From NCBI GenBank assembly GCA_947375105.1, contig CANCET010000002.1, positions 10,471 through 74,470 on the forward strand: a stretch of DNA of 64,000 bases, in the 5' to 3' direction. A program made the position numbers and the translations under genes. The notes under the pieces are model-generated. The model did not search any database. It was not told where the DNA came from and saw only the letters and a list, made by a program, of their open reading frames with translations. Below are positions 54,832-62,661 of the stretch, in pieces (the first letter of the stretch is position 1; the number at the start of each line of letters is the position of its first letter). Source of the DNA: Sphingomonadaceae bacterium (lineage in GTDB: Bacteria > Pseudomonadota > Alphaproteobacteria > Sphingomonadales > Sphingomonadaceae).

Positions 54832-56427
54832 TCAGTCTCCACTCGTTATCTGAAAGCCGGCGTAGCCGCTGGCAGCGACTTCGTCGCAAATCGCCCGGTA
54901 GCGGCCGATGCCGCCGACAAAGGGCATAAAAACACGGGGTTTTCCGGGAATATTGGCCCCGAGATACCAGGAGTTCGCCTGCACGAAGAGCGTCTCAGCC
55001 GCTGCTTCGTTGACTTGCTGGACCCAAGCGTTTTCGGCATCGGGCTCGGGCTCGATCCGCGAGGCTCCGGTGCGAGTCAGATGCTGGATGCACTCGGCGA
55101 TCCAGTCGATGTGCTGCTCGATACCCACCACCATGTTGACCAGCACCGAGGGGCTGCCGGGGCCGGTCACGATGAACATGTTAGGGAAGTCCGCCACCAT
55201 CAGCCCCAAATAATTGCGCGGCCCATCGGCCCATTTGGCGCTGAGCGCCGCGCCATGGCGGCCCCGAATATCGATCTGCGCCAGCGCCCCAGTCAATGCG
55301 TCGTAGCCCGTCGCGCAGACGATAACGTCGACCGGCAGCACGGCGTCGGCCATGTGGATGGCATCCCCGCTAATCGCCGTGACGGGCGTCGCCTGCAGAT
55401 CGATCAGCATGACATGGGGCTGATTGTAGGTCTCGTAGTAGTCCGAGCCGACGCAAATGCGCTTGGCCCCCAGCGGATAGCCGCGCGGGCAAAGCATTTC
55501 CGCCGTCTTCGGATCGGTGACCAGTTCGCGGATGCGAGCATGGACGAAATCGGCGGCGGTCTGGTTGGCCGCCGGATCGGTCATGATATCGCTGAACGCA
55601 TGGACGAAGTTGACCCCGCCCAGCTCCCACCGGCGGCGATATTCCGCCTCGCGCGCCTCGGCACTGACGGACAGCGCCGGGGTCTGGCTGAAATCATAGA
55701 GCGTGCCGACCTGCCGCGCCTGCGCCCGGTAGTCGGCATAGGCTGCCTTCCACGCGGCCTGTTTCTCACCGCTCAGCGGCTGATTGCGCGCTGGCACCAC
55801 GAAGTTGGGCGTGCGCTGCAGAACCACAAGCCGCTCCGCCGAGCGGGCGATCTGCGGAATGGCCTGCACGCCCGACGATCCCGTGCCGATGACGGCGACA
55901 GACTTGCCGGCAAAGTCCACGCCGTCACGCGGCCATGCTCCGGTGTGCAGGATCTGCCCCGCAAACGTCTCGATCCCCGGGACATCCGGCAGGCGCGAGG
56001 CTGAGAGCGACCCGCTCGCCATGATGCAGAAGCGCGCGGTGACCTCGCCGCCGCGATCCGTATGCACATGCCAGCGGTCCGCCGCCGGATCGAAATGGGC
56101 CGAGGTGACCCGCTTTCCGAACGCAATCAGCGGTCGCAGGGCGAACCGGTCGGCCACATGGTGAAGGTAGGCGAGGATCTCGTCCTGCTGCGCATAGCGC
56201 TCCGACCAGACCCATTCCTGCTGGAGCGGATCATCGAACGAATAGCTGTATTGCAGGCTTTCAACATCGCAGCGCGCGCCGGGATAGCGGTTCCAGTGCC
56301 ACACCCCGCCGACATCGTTGGCAGCCTCGAATGCGTGGACGGCAAGCCCCAGCCCGCGCAGCTTGTGCAGCGCATAGAGCCCGGCGAACCCGGCGCCGAC
56401 GACAACGACATCCAGTTCGCGCGTCAT
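54832..56427 (-). CDS. Type I Baeyer-Villiger monooxygenase (CHMO/PAMO-like)
   Basis: GAGFAG, GGVWHWNRYPGARCD, FAGQILHTGAWP, GAKRICV, ATGYD. Confidence 0.94.
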   Translation of the reverse strand: MTRELDVVVVGAGFAGLYALHKLRGLGLAVHAFEAANDVGGVWHWNRYPGARCDVESLQYSYSFDDPLQQEWVWSERYAQQDEILAYLHHVADRFALRPLIAFGKRVTSAHFDPAADRWHVHTDRGGEVTARFCIMASGSLSASRLPDVPGIETFAGQILHTGAWPRDGVDFAGKSVAVIGTGSSGVQAIPQIARSAERLVVLQRTPNFVVPARNQPLSGEKQAAWKAAYADYRAQARQVGTLYDFSQTPALSVSAEAREAEYRRRWELGGVNFVHAFSDIMTDPAANQTAADFVHARIRELVTDPKTAEMLCPRGYPLGAKRICVGSDYYETYNQPHVMLIDLQATPVTAISGDAIHMADAVLPVDVIVCATGYDALTGALAQIDIRGRHGAALSAKWADGPRNYLGLMVADFPNMFIVTGPGSPSVLVNMVVGIEQHIDWIAECIQHLTRTGASRIEPEPDAENAWVQQVNEAAAETLFVQANSWYLGANIPGKPRVFMPFVGGIGRYRAICDEVAASGYAGFQITSGD

Positions 56428-57521
56428 GCATCCGGTTCCCGGCGCAGCGGCGCGCGCAGGGCGGTGCGCTGGCCGTTGAAGGTGGCGGGAAACAAGGTCT
56501 GCAACGCGCCATCACAGCGCTGGACGAAGCCGCGTGCGCGCACTTGCTCCGATGAAAGTGCTTCGCCGAGATCGAGAACGGGCGAAAGGCAGCAATCCGC
56601 ACCGGCGAACTGCGCCTCGATCTCGCCTAGAGTTCGGCACGCAAAGAACGCGGTGACTTCTGCAATAAGGCTCGTCTGGGGCAGCGGATCACCCTGCCGC
56701 ACTGCCCACTCCGGCCGATCTGCCGCCGCGCAGAAGTTGTGCCAGAAGCGTGGCTCGACCGGCCCGAGCATCACATGGCGCCCATCAGCTGTCGGGTAGA
56801 TGTTGTAGTAGGCCGCCGCCCCGTTAAGGTAGGTCGATCCCCGCTTTGGTACGGTGCCGTTTGCGCCCCATTCGGCCACTTGCATCGCTTGCAGCGGCAT
56901 CAACGTATCGGCCAGGCCAAGCTCGATATGCGCCCCCTCGCCCGTCCGCTGCAGGGCGTTGAGCGCACCGAGGATGGCAATCGCCGCATAGAGCGCGCCC
57001 GCCATGTCCGCGATCGGCGGATCGAAGAAGACCGGTGCCTCGCGGCCGTTGCGGTCCAAAATACCGCTTTGCGCCAGATAGTTGCCATCATGGCCCGCCG
57101 CGTCTGCCAGCGGTCCGTCCGTGCCATAGCCGCTGATCGAGCAATAGATCAGCCCCGGATGGCGCGCCGCCAGCGCGGCGTAATCAAACCCGAGCCGGGC
57201 CATGACACCGGGACGGAAGCCCTCGATCAGCACGTCGGCATCGCCCAGCAGGCCCTCCAGCGCGCTACGCCCATGGGCGGATTTGAGATCAAGCTGAAGC
57301 AGCGATTTGCCTGCATTGAGGCTGACATAAAACACTGGTTCGTCAATGGCATCCCGCGGCCCGAGATCGCGCATCCCGTCGCCCGCGGGCGGCTCGATCT
57401 TCACCACCTCGGCGCCCATGTCGGCCAGAATCTGGCTCGCGACCGGCCCCGAAATGTAGTGCGAAAGATCGAGCACTTTCACACCGGCAAGGAAGGAATC
57501 GACACCGCCCAACGCGCTCAC
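56424..57521 (-). CDS. CaiB/BaiF family III CoA-transferase fold, alpha-methylacyl-CoA racemase-like
   Basis: LADMGAEVVKIEPP, EGFRPGV, AGHDGNYLA, IADMAG. Confidence 0.85.
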   Translation of the reverse strand: MSALGGVDSFLAGVKVLDLSHYISGPVASQILADMGAEVVKIEPPAGDGMRDLGPRDAIDEPVFYVSLNAGKSLLQLDLKSAHGRSALEGLLGDADVLIEGFRPGVMARLGFDYAALAARHPGLIYCSISGYGTDGPLADAAGHDGNYLAQSGILDRNGREAPVFFDPPIADMAGALYAAIAILGALNALQRTGEGAHIELGLADTLMPLQAMQVAEWGANGTVPKRGSTYLNGAAAYYNIYPTADGRHVMLGPVEPRFWHNFCAAADRPEWAVRQGDPLPQTSLIAEVTAFFACRTLGEIEAQFAGADCCLSPVLDLGEALSSEQVRARGFVQRCDGALQTLFPATFNGQRTALRAPLRREPDA

Positions 57522-57575
57522 CCCGGCGGGACAAGCTCCCGCCTATCTTCGAATATTCTCATTGGATGGAAACCA

Positions 57576-57589
57576 TACTGATGGGTATT
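57576..57589. promoter_or_regulatory. Copy of the second candidate operator upstream of the caiB operon
   Basis: TACTGATGGGTATT matches TACCAGTGGGTATT at 42666 in 11/14 positions. Confidence 0.45.
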
Positions 57590-57607
57590 TTGCAAGCGCG
57601 AACGCCA

Positions 57608-58354
57608 TCAATTCGACCATCCACCGTCAATTATGTGGCACTGGCCGGTGGTGAACCGGGCTGCGTCGCTTGCCAGATAGAGCGCGAGGCTGGCGATCTC
57701 GTCAGCCTGCCCGAACCGGCCGAGCGGCTGGCGCGCAGCAAAGGCCGCGCGGGTCGCTGCATAGTCACCGCTTGCCAGCATCCGCGCTTCGAGCGCTGAT
57801 GTCTCGATCGTGCCGGGGCAGATCGCATTGGCCCGGATGCCTTGCGCGGCGTGGTCTGCGGCCAGCGCCTTGGTCATGCCGATGATCGCCGCCTTCGTTG
57901 CGGCGTAGGCAAACCGATCAGGCACCCCGCGCACGGAACTGGCGACCGAGGACATCGTGATGATCGATCCGCCCCCCCGCACGATCATCCCTGGCAGCAG
58001 CGCGCGGACCATGCGGAACATGGCGGTGACATTAAGATCGAAGGCCTGATCCCAATCCGCATCGCTGCAATCGAGCACTGTGCCATAAGGGACCGTGCCC
58101 GCGCAGAGGAATGCGATGTCTACCGCGCCCGCCGCCCGCGCGAACGCATCGATCGCTGCGGCATCTGTCAGATCAAAGGCAAAGGGTTCGCACCCGCACG
58201 CTGCTTCAAGCGATGCGAGGGCAGCCGCATTGATATCGACCGCCAGCACACGCGCACCCTCGCGCGCAAAGCGTTCGGCACTGGCCCTGCCGATCCCCTG
58301 CCCGGCGCCGGTAACGACCGCCGTCTTCCCATGCAGGGCACCGGGAACGGTCAA
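57608..58354 (-). CDS. SDR (BDH2 / keto-deoxy acid dehydrogenase-like)
   Basis: LHGKTAVVTGAGQGIG, YAATK, ICPGTIET, IIDGGW; TTG start overlapping the TetR stop. Confidence 0.85.
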   Translation of the reverse strand: MTVPGALHGKTAVVTGAGQGIGRASAERFAREGARVLAVDINAAALASLEAACGCEPFAFDLTDAAAIDAFARAAGAVDIAFLCAGTVPYGTVLDCSDADWDQAFDLNVTAMFRMVRALLPGMIVRGGGSIITMSSVASSVRGVPDRFAYAATKAAIIGMTKALAADHAAQGIRANAICPGTIETSALEARMLASGDYAATRAAFAARQPLGRFGQADEIASLALYLASDAARFTTGQCHIIDGGWSN

Positions 58355-59031
58355 TAGGGTGATTCCAGCCCGGCCAGCACCATCTCGGCGTAGGTCTTGC
58401 CGATCTCCTCGGCGCTGACATCGCTTTCCGCGGGCCGGAACCAGCGGTGGGTCCACCCGACGATGCCGAGAACACCGTAGGCCACGACCTTGGGCGAGCC
58501 GACGTTGCGGAATGACTTGTCGGCATAACCCTGCTCTATGATCGCAATCACCGCCTCGGACATCTGGCTGTTCAGGTCGCGCATGTAGCGTGACCATTCG
58601 GACCGCTTGTCGCTGACATTGCTGAGGTTCTCGCGGATGTAGATATACATCAGCGGATAATGTTCACCGTAGGACGACATCAGCGCGATGATCAGGTCGC
58701 TGAGCTTGCGGCGCGGGCGCATGTCGCTCGCCCGGATTTTTTGCGCCAGCGCGACATTGCGCTCCACCACGGTGCGGACGATCTCGTCGAAGAGTTCCTC
58801 CTTCGACGAGATGTAGTAGTAGAGCGAGGCCCGATCGATATTCAGCTCGGCCGCAACAGCAGTCATGCTCGCCCGTTGGAACCCCATCCGGTTGAACACC
58901 CGGATCGCCGCTTCGCCGATTTCCTTGCGGCGTTGCTGATGCGAAACGCTGGAATCCTCGCGTGCCGCCGTGCGCCGCTTGCCAATACCACTTTCGGAGG
59001 GTGCCATCATCGGCTTGCCGTCTTTCATCAT
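58351..59031 (-). CDS. TetR-family regulator (KstR2-like C-terminal domain)
   Basis: HTH GFQRASMTAVAAELNIDRASLYYYISSK; GWTHRWFRP; start uncertain (59031-59007). Confidence 0.9.
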   Translation of the reverse strand: MMKDGKPMMAPSESGIGKRRTAAREDSSVSHQQRRKEIGEAAIRVFNRMGFQRASMTAVAAELNIDRASLYYYISSKEELFDEIVRTVVERNVALAQKIRASDMRPRRKLSDLIIALMSSYGEHYPLMYIYIRENLSNVSDKRSEWSRYMRDLNSQMSEAVIAIIEQGYADKSFRNVGSPKVVAYGVLGIVGWTHRWFRPAESDVSAEEIGKTYAEMVLAGLESPY

Positions 59032-59077
59032 GCACCGCCGATTACGCGATAAAACGCGCTTTTTCCAGTTGAACGCA

Positions 59078-59848
59078 TCATCCGCGTGGCCCTCCGGCAA
59101 CGTAGAGCACTTGCCCCGTCACATAGCCCGAACGCGCATCGACAAAGAACGACACGGCGTGGGCAATATCATCGGGCTGGCCAACCCGCCCGACAACCGT
59201 TCCGGCAATCGCCTGCTGCTTCATGTCCTCGAACGTCATGCCGACCCGTGCCGCAACTTCAGCCGTCATCGCGGTCTCTACAAAGCCCGGTGCGACGGCG
59301 TTTGCCGTGATCCCGTAGCGCCCCAGTTCGATCGCCAGTGTCTTGGTCAGGCCCTGCACGCCGGCCTTGGCCGCCGCGTAGTTGGCCTCGCCCAGATTGC
59401 CGAGCGCAGCCGTGCTGGAAAGGTTGACGATGCGGCCCCAGCCCGCGCTGCGCATATGGCCCTGAACCGCGCGGCTCATCAGAAAGGCTCCCCGCAAGTT
59501 CACGTTGATCACCAGATCCCAGTCCGCCAGCGACATCTTGCCGATGGTGCGATCGCGCAGGATTCCGGCGTTGTTGACCAGTATGGTGGGCGATCCGAGC
59601 GCGGCTGCGACATCGGCAACGGCCCGTTCAACCGCCGCCTCTTCAGCAACGTCAGCGCCGACGGCAAAGGCGCGCCGCCCGAGCTGCTCGATCCCACGCA
59701 CGGTATCGTTGCACACCGCCGCATCGAGGTCGAGCACCGCGATATCATGGCCATCCGCCGCAAGGCGCAGCGCGATGCTCGCGCCAATGCCGCGCGCGGC
59801 CCCTGTGACAATGGCAACCCGGTTGGAACTGCCCCCAGCCTCGCTCAT
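59078..59848 (-). CDS. FabG-like 3-oxoacyl-CoA/ACP reductase (SDR)
   Basis: TGAARGIG, NNAGILRD, NYAAAK, VAPGF. Confidence 0.9.
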   Translation of the reverse strand: MSEAGGSSNRVAIVTGAARGIGASIALRLAADGHDIAVLDLDAAVCNDTVRGIEQLGRRAFAVGADVAEEAAVERAVADVAAALGSPTILVNNAGILRDRTIGKMSLADWDLVINVNLRGAFLMSRAVQGHMRSAGWGRIVNLSSTAALGNLGEANYAAAKAGVQGLTKTLAIELGRYGITANAVAPGFVETAMTAEVAARVGMTFEDMKQQAIAGTVVGRVGQPDDIAHAVSFFVDARSGYVTGQVLYVAGGPRG

Positions 59849-61563
59849 GCGGCCTCCACCATGTGGGCCACGGCTTCGGCGAGCATGAACTTGCGCGCCC
59901 GGCCCGAGGCGGTCGTGGGAATTTCGGATGCCTCCACGAAGAACAGATAGCGCGGCACCTTGAACCGCGCGAGGCGTTCGCGAACCAGCGCCAGCAGCCC
60001 CTCATTTGTCACATCGGCTCCGATGCTGCGAACAACTAGCGCAACACCGACTTCGCCCATGCGTTCATCGGGCAGGGGCACGACATGGGCCTGCGCCACG
60101 CCGGGATGCGAGGTCAGCACGTCCTCCACTTCGCTCGGCAAAACCTGCTCCCCGCCGCAACGGTAGGATTCCTTGAGCCGACCTGCTAGCGAGAGATAGC
60201 CATCATGGTCAATGCGCCCCAGATCGCCGGTGCGAAACCAGCCTTCGGCATCGAACGCCGCTGCCGTTTCGGCAGGCTTGTTGTAATACCCACAGGTTAC
60301 GCCCGGCCCCCGCGCGCGCAGTTCGCCCACTGCGCCGGGAGGCAGGGCGGCTTCACTTTCCGGATCAACCACCTTGTATCCAACCAGTCGTCCACCAAGG
60401 GCAGGATCACCAGCCGCGCCCGCATCGCGCAGCCGCCCATTGGAATCGAGCAATCGCTCGAACGGATCATCGGGCCGCGTGACGGTGGAGGATGCCGTGA
60501 CCTCGGTCATCCCGTAGCCAGTCGTGATCTCGGCTACGCCCAGAACGCTGCCGATCTCGCGCCAGATGCGCTCGGGCGCGCGCGCGCCGGAGGAGAGAAC
60601 CGCAGTGAGCGAGGACAGATCGCAAGCAGCTTCCCGCGCCGCATCGATCAAGGCGAGCGTCATGGTCGGCACCAGCAGTGCATCGGTCACGCGGTGGCGC
60701 GCTATCGCCGTCAGCATGTCCGCGGCAGCGAAGCGCACCTGCAGCACGATCGCTCCGCCGACGAACAGCACCGGCAGCATGCCCTCTCCGTAGCCATAGA
60801 CATGGTACATCGGCAGCGCGAAAACGATCCGCCGCCCATCCTCGAACGCGCGCGCCAAGGCGCTGGTGAAGGCGGTGCGCACAACCTGATCGTGGCTGAG
60901 CATCACGCCCTTGGGCGCGCCAGTGGTGCCGGAGGTATAGATGATATCGGCCACGCCGTCCGGGGCCGAGGACGGGAAGGTCAGGCCATCGGCCGCACTT
61001 TGCTCCAGCGCGGCAAAGGGCATGGCCTGTGCGCGGACTGGCTCTGAACCGGCCGGGAACACCACGACCTGCCGCAGCCGTGGTATCGCTTGCCCGCCTC
61101 CGCCCTGCTCCCAGCCCGGCATCAGAGCATCCAGCATGGCGAGCGTATCGAGGCCCCGGAAGCGATCCATGGTGACGAGCATGGCCGCATCGGACTGCGC
61201 AAGCACGTAGCCCAGTTCTGCCTGCCGGTTCAGGATATTGATCGGCACGGCCACCGCACCAACCCGCGCAATTGCGTACTTCAGCGCGACGAATTCGGGA
61301 TAGTTCGCCATGAGCAGCGCGACATGTTCGCCCGGCTTCACCCCCGCCGTCATAAGACCTGCCGCCAGCCGCCGCGACCAGTCCGCCAGTTCGCGATAAG
61401 TCCAGGTGCGTTCGTCGGTGATCACATAGGGCCGGTCCGGGAATTCAGCCGCCGCCGCATCCAGCATGCCGTCCAGCGAGCGCGCGATCCACTTGGGAAA
61501 GCGCGCCGCCAGAGCGGCTTGCCGGTCGGCCACGGACGGCCGCAGGGCAGCCTGCGCGGTCAC
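59845..61563 (-). CDS. Acyl-CoA synthetase (AMP-binding)
   Basis: YTSGTTGAPKG, GYGMTE, FRTGD, ESYRCGGEQV. Confidence 0.92.
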   Translation of the reverse strand: MTAQAALRPSVADRQAALAARFPKWIARSLDGMLDAAAAEFPDRPYVITDERTWTYRELADWSRRLAAGLMTAGVKPGEHVALLMANYPEFVALKYAIARVGAVAVPINILNRQAELGYVLAQSDAAMLVTMDRFRGLDTLAMLDALMPGWEQGGGGQAIPRLRQVVVFPAGSEPVRAQAMPFAALEQSAADGLTFPSSAPDGVADIIYTSGTTGAPKGVMLSHDQVVRTAFTSALARAFEDGRRIVFALPMYHVYGYGEGMLPVLFVGGAIVLQVRFAAADMLTAIARHRVTDALLVPTMTLALIDAAREAACDLSSLTAVLSSGARAPERIWREIGSVLGVAEITTGYGMTEVTASSTVTRPDDPFERLLDSNGRLRDAGAAGDPALGGRLVGYKVVDPESEAALPPGAVGELRARGPGVTCGYYNKPAETAAAFDAEGWFRTGDLGRIDHDGYLSLAGRLKESYRCGGEQVLPSEVEDVLTSHPGVAQAHVVPLPDERMGEVGVALVVRSIGADVTNEGLLALVRERLARFKVPRYLFFVEASEIPTTASGRARKFMLAEAVAHMVEAA

Positions 61564-62489
61564 GCGTCCGCAGGGCCGTCCGAACCGCGCCCAGCTTCGC
61601 GTTCAGCCTCGTAAGCCTCAAGATAGGTGCGATAGGGCGCAAATGGTGCATCGCGCATCCGCACCGCCGGGCGCACCCCGCCCTCGCGCCACACCTTGGT
61701 GAACTCTTCCATGCCCGGCCCGGCAATGCCGAGCGCATCGAGATCGTTGGCCGCAGCCATGCCGGCCTGCATGCCGGCTGCCTCGAACCAGCGGTTGGTC
61801 ACTTCCTTGTGGCTGTAGATCGCATCGAGCGGCACATTGGATACGCGCTTGGCATAGGCCATCGCCACGGCTTCCAGTTCCTCGCGAGGCACTGCCCGGT
61901 TCACCAAGCCCATTTCGGCCGCTTCCACGCCGGTCATGTTGTCGCCGGTGAACAGCCATTCCTTGGTCTTGCGCATGCCGAGATGGATCGGCCACATCGC
62001 GAAGACATGAAGCTCACCCATGGCGCGCGCCTCGGGCTGGCCGAGCAGGGCATCTTCGGCGGCAAAAGCAATGTCGCACACGCCAATCAGATCGAGCGAT
62101 CCGGCAACGCAGTGCCCGTGGACCACCGCGATCGTGCACTGGCGCAGGCGGAACAGGCGCATCCAACGCTCGCGCGAGAGGTGGAACTCGCGACGCGACC
62201 AGACAGGATTACGGCGATGCGGACGACGCTGCACTTCATTGATCGCGCTGTCGGCATCCCAGAGATAGGAGAATTCCTTGAGATCGTAACCCGTGCCGAA
62301 ATGGGCGCCGTTGGCCTTGATCACGAGGACACGCGTCTCGTCGTCATGATCAAGATCGTCCATCACCCGGTCAAGCTCATCGCGCAGCTGCACCGAAATC
62401 GCATTGCCGGTGTGCGGGCGGTTCAGGGTGACTGTCGCGATGCGATCAGCCTTTTCGTAGATCAGGGTTTCAAACTGCATTGCCAGCAT
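61560..62489 (-). CDS. Crotonase/enoyl-CoA hydratase family protein
   Basis: LNRPHTGNA, FGTGYDL, VHGHCVAG, GQPE; canonical GGxE motif divergent; start may be 62480. Confidence 0.85.
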   Translation of the reverse strand: MLAMQFETLIYEKADRIATVTLNRPHTGNAISVQLRDELDRVMDDLDHDDETRVLVIKANGAHFGTGYDLKEFSYLWDADSAINEVQRRPHRRNPVWSRREFHLSRERWMRLFRLRQCTIAVVHGHCVAGSLDLIGVCDIAFAAEDALLGQPEARAMGELHVFAMWPIHLGMRKTKEWLFTGDNMTGVEAAEMGLVNRAVPREELEAVAMAYAKRVSNVPLDAIYSHKEVTNRWFEAAGMQAGMAAANDLDALGIAGPGMEEFTKVWREGGVRPAVRMRDAPFAPYRTYLEAYEAEREAGRGSDGPADA

Positions 62490-62517
62490 CCTTGGTTGTC
62501 ATGTTCTCTGGTCAAGG

Positions 62518-62558
62518 TGGTTATCGCCGAGGAACGCTTTAGTCAACATATACGTTGA
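62518..62558 (-). promoter_or_regulatory. Operator site E (62543-62558) overlapping a putative minus-strand TTGACT-N17-TAACCA promoter
   Basis: TCAACATATACGTTGA; -35 at 62541-62546, -10 at 62518-62523 on the minus strand. Confidence 0.65.
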
Positions 62559-62613
62559 TTTTATCCATCCGAGCCCAAAAACCGAGACCTTGAATGCACC
62601 GGAAGCAGTTTAA

Positions 62614-62654
62614 TCAACATAAGTGTTGATCCGTGATCGCAGAAGCGATATCCG
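62614..62654 (+). promoter_or_regulatory. Operator site F (62614-62629) overlapping a putative TTGATC-N17-TATCCG promoter
   Basis: TCAACATAAGTGTTGA; -35 at 62626-62631, -10 at 62649-62654. Confidence 0.65.
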
Positions 62655-62661
62655 ATTCGCC

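Noticed and set aside
51999-59031. Steroid degradation cluster (KstR2-like TetRs, SCP2 thiolase, MaoC)
   Set aside because: No kstD, kshAB, hsaA-D or ipdAB homologues are recognisable in the window.
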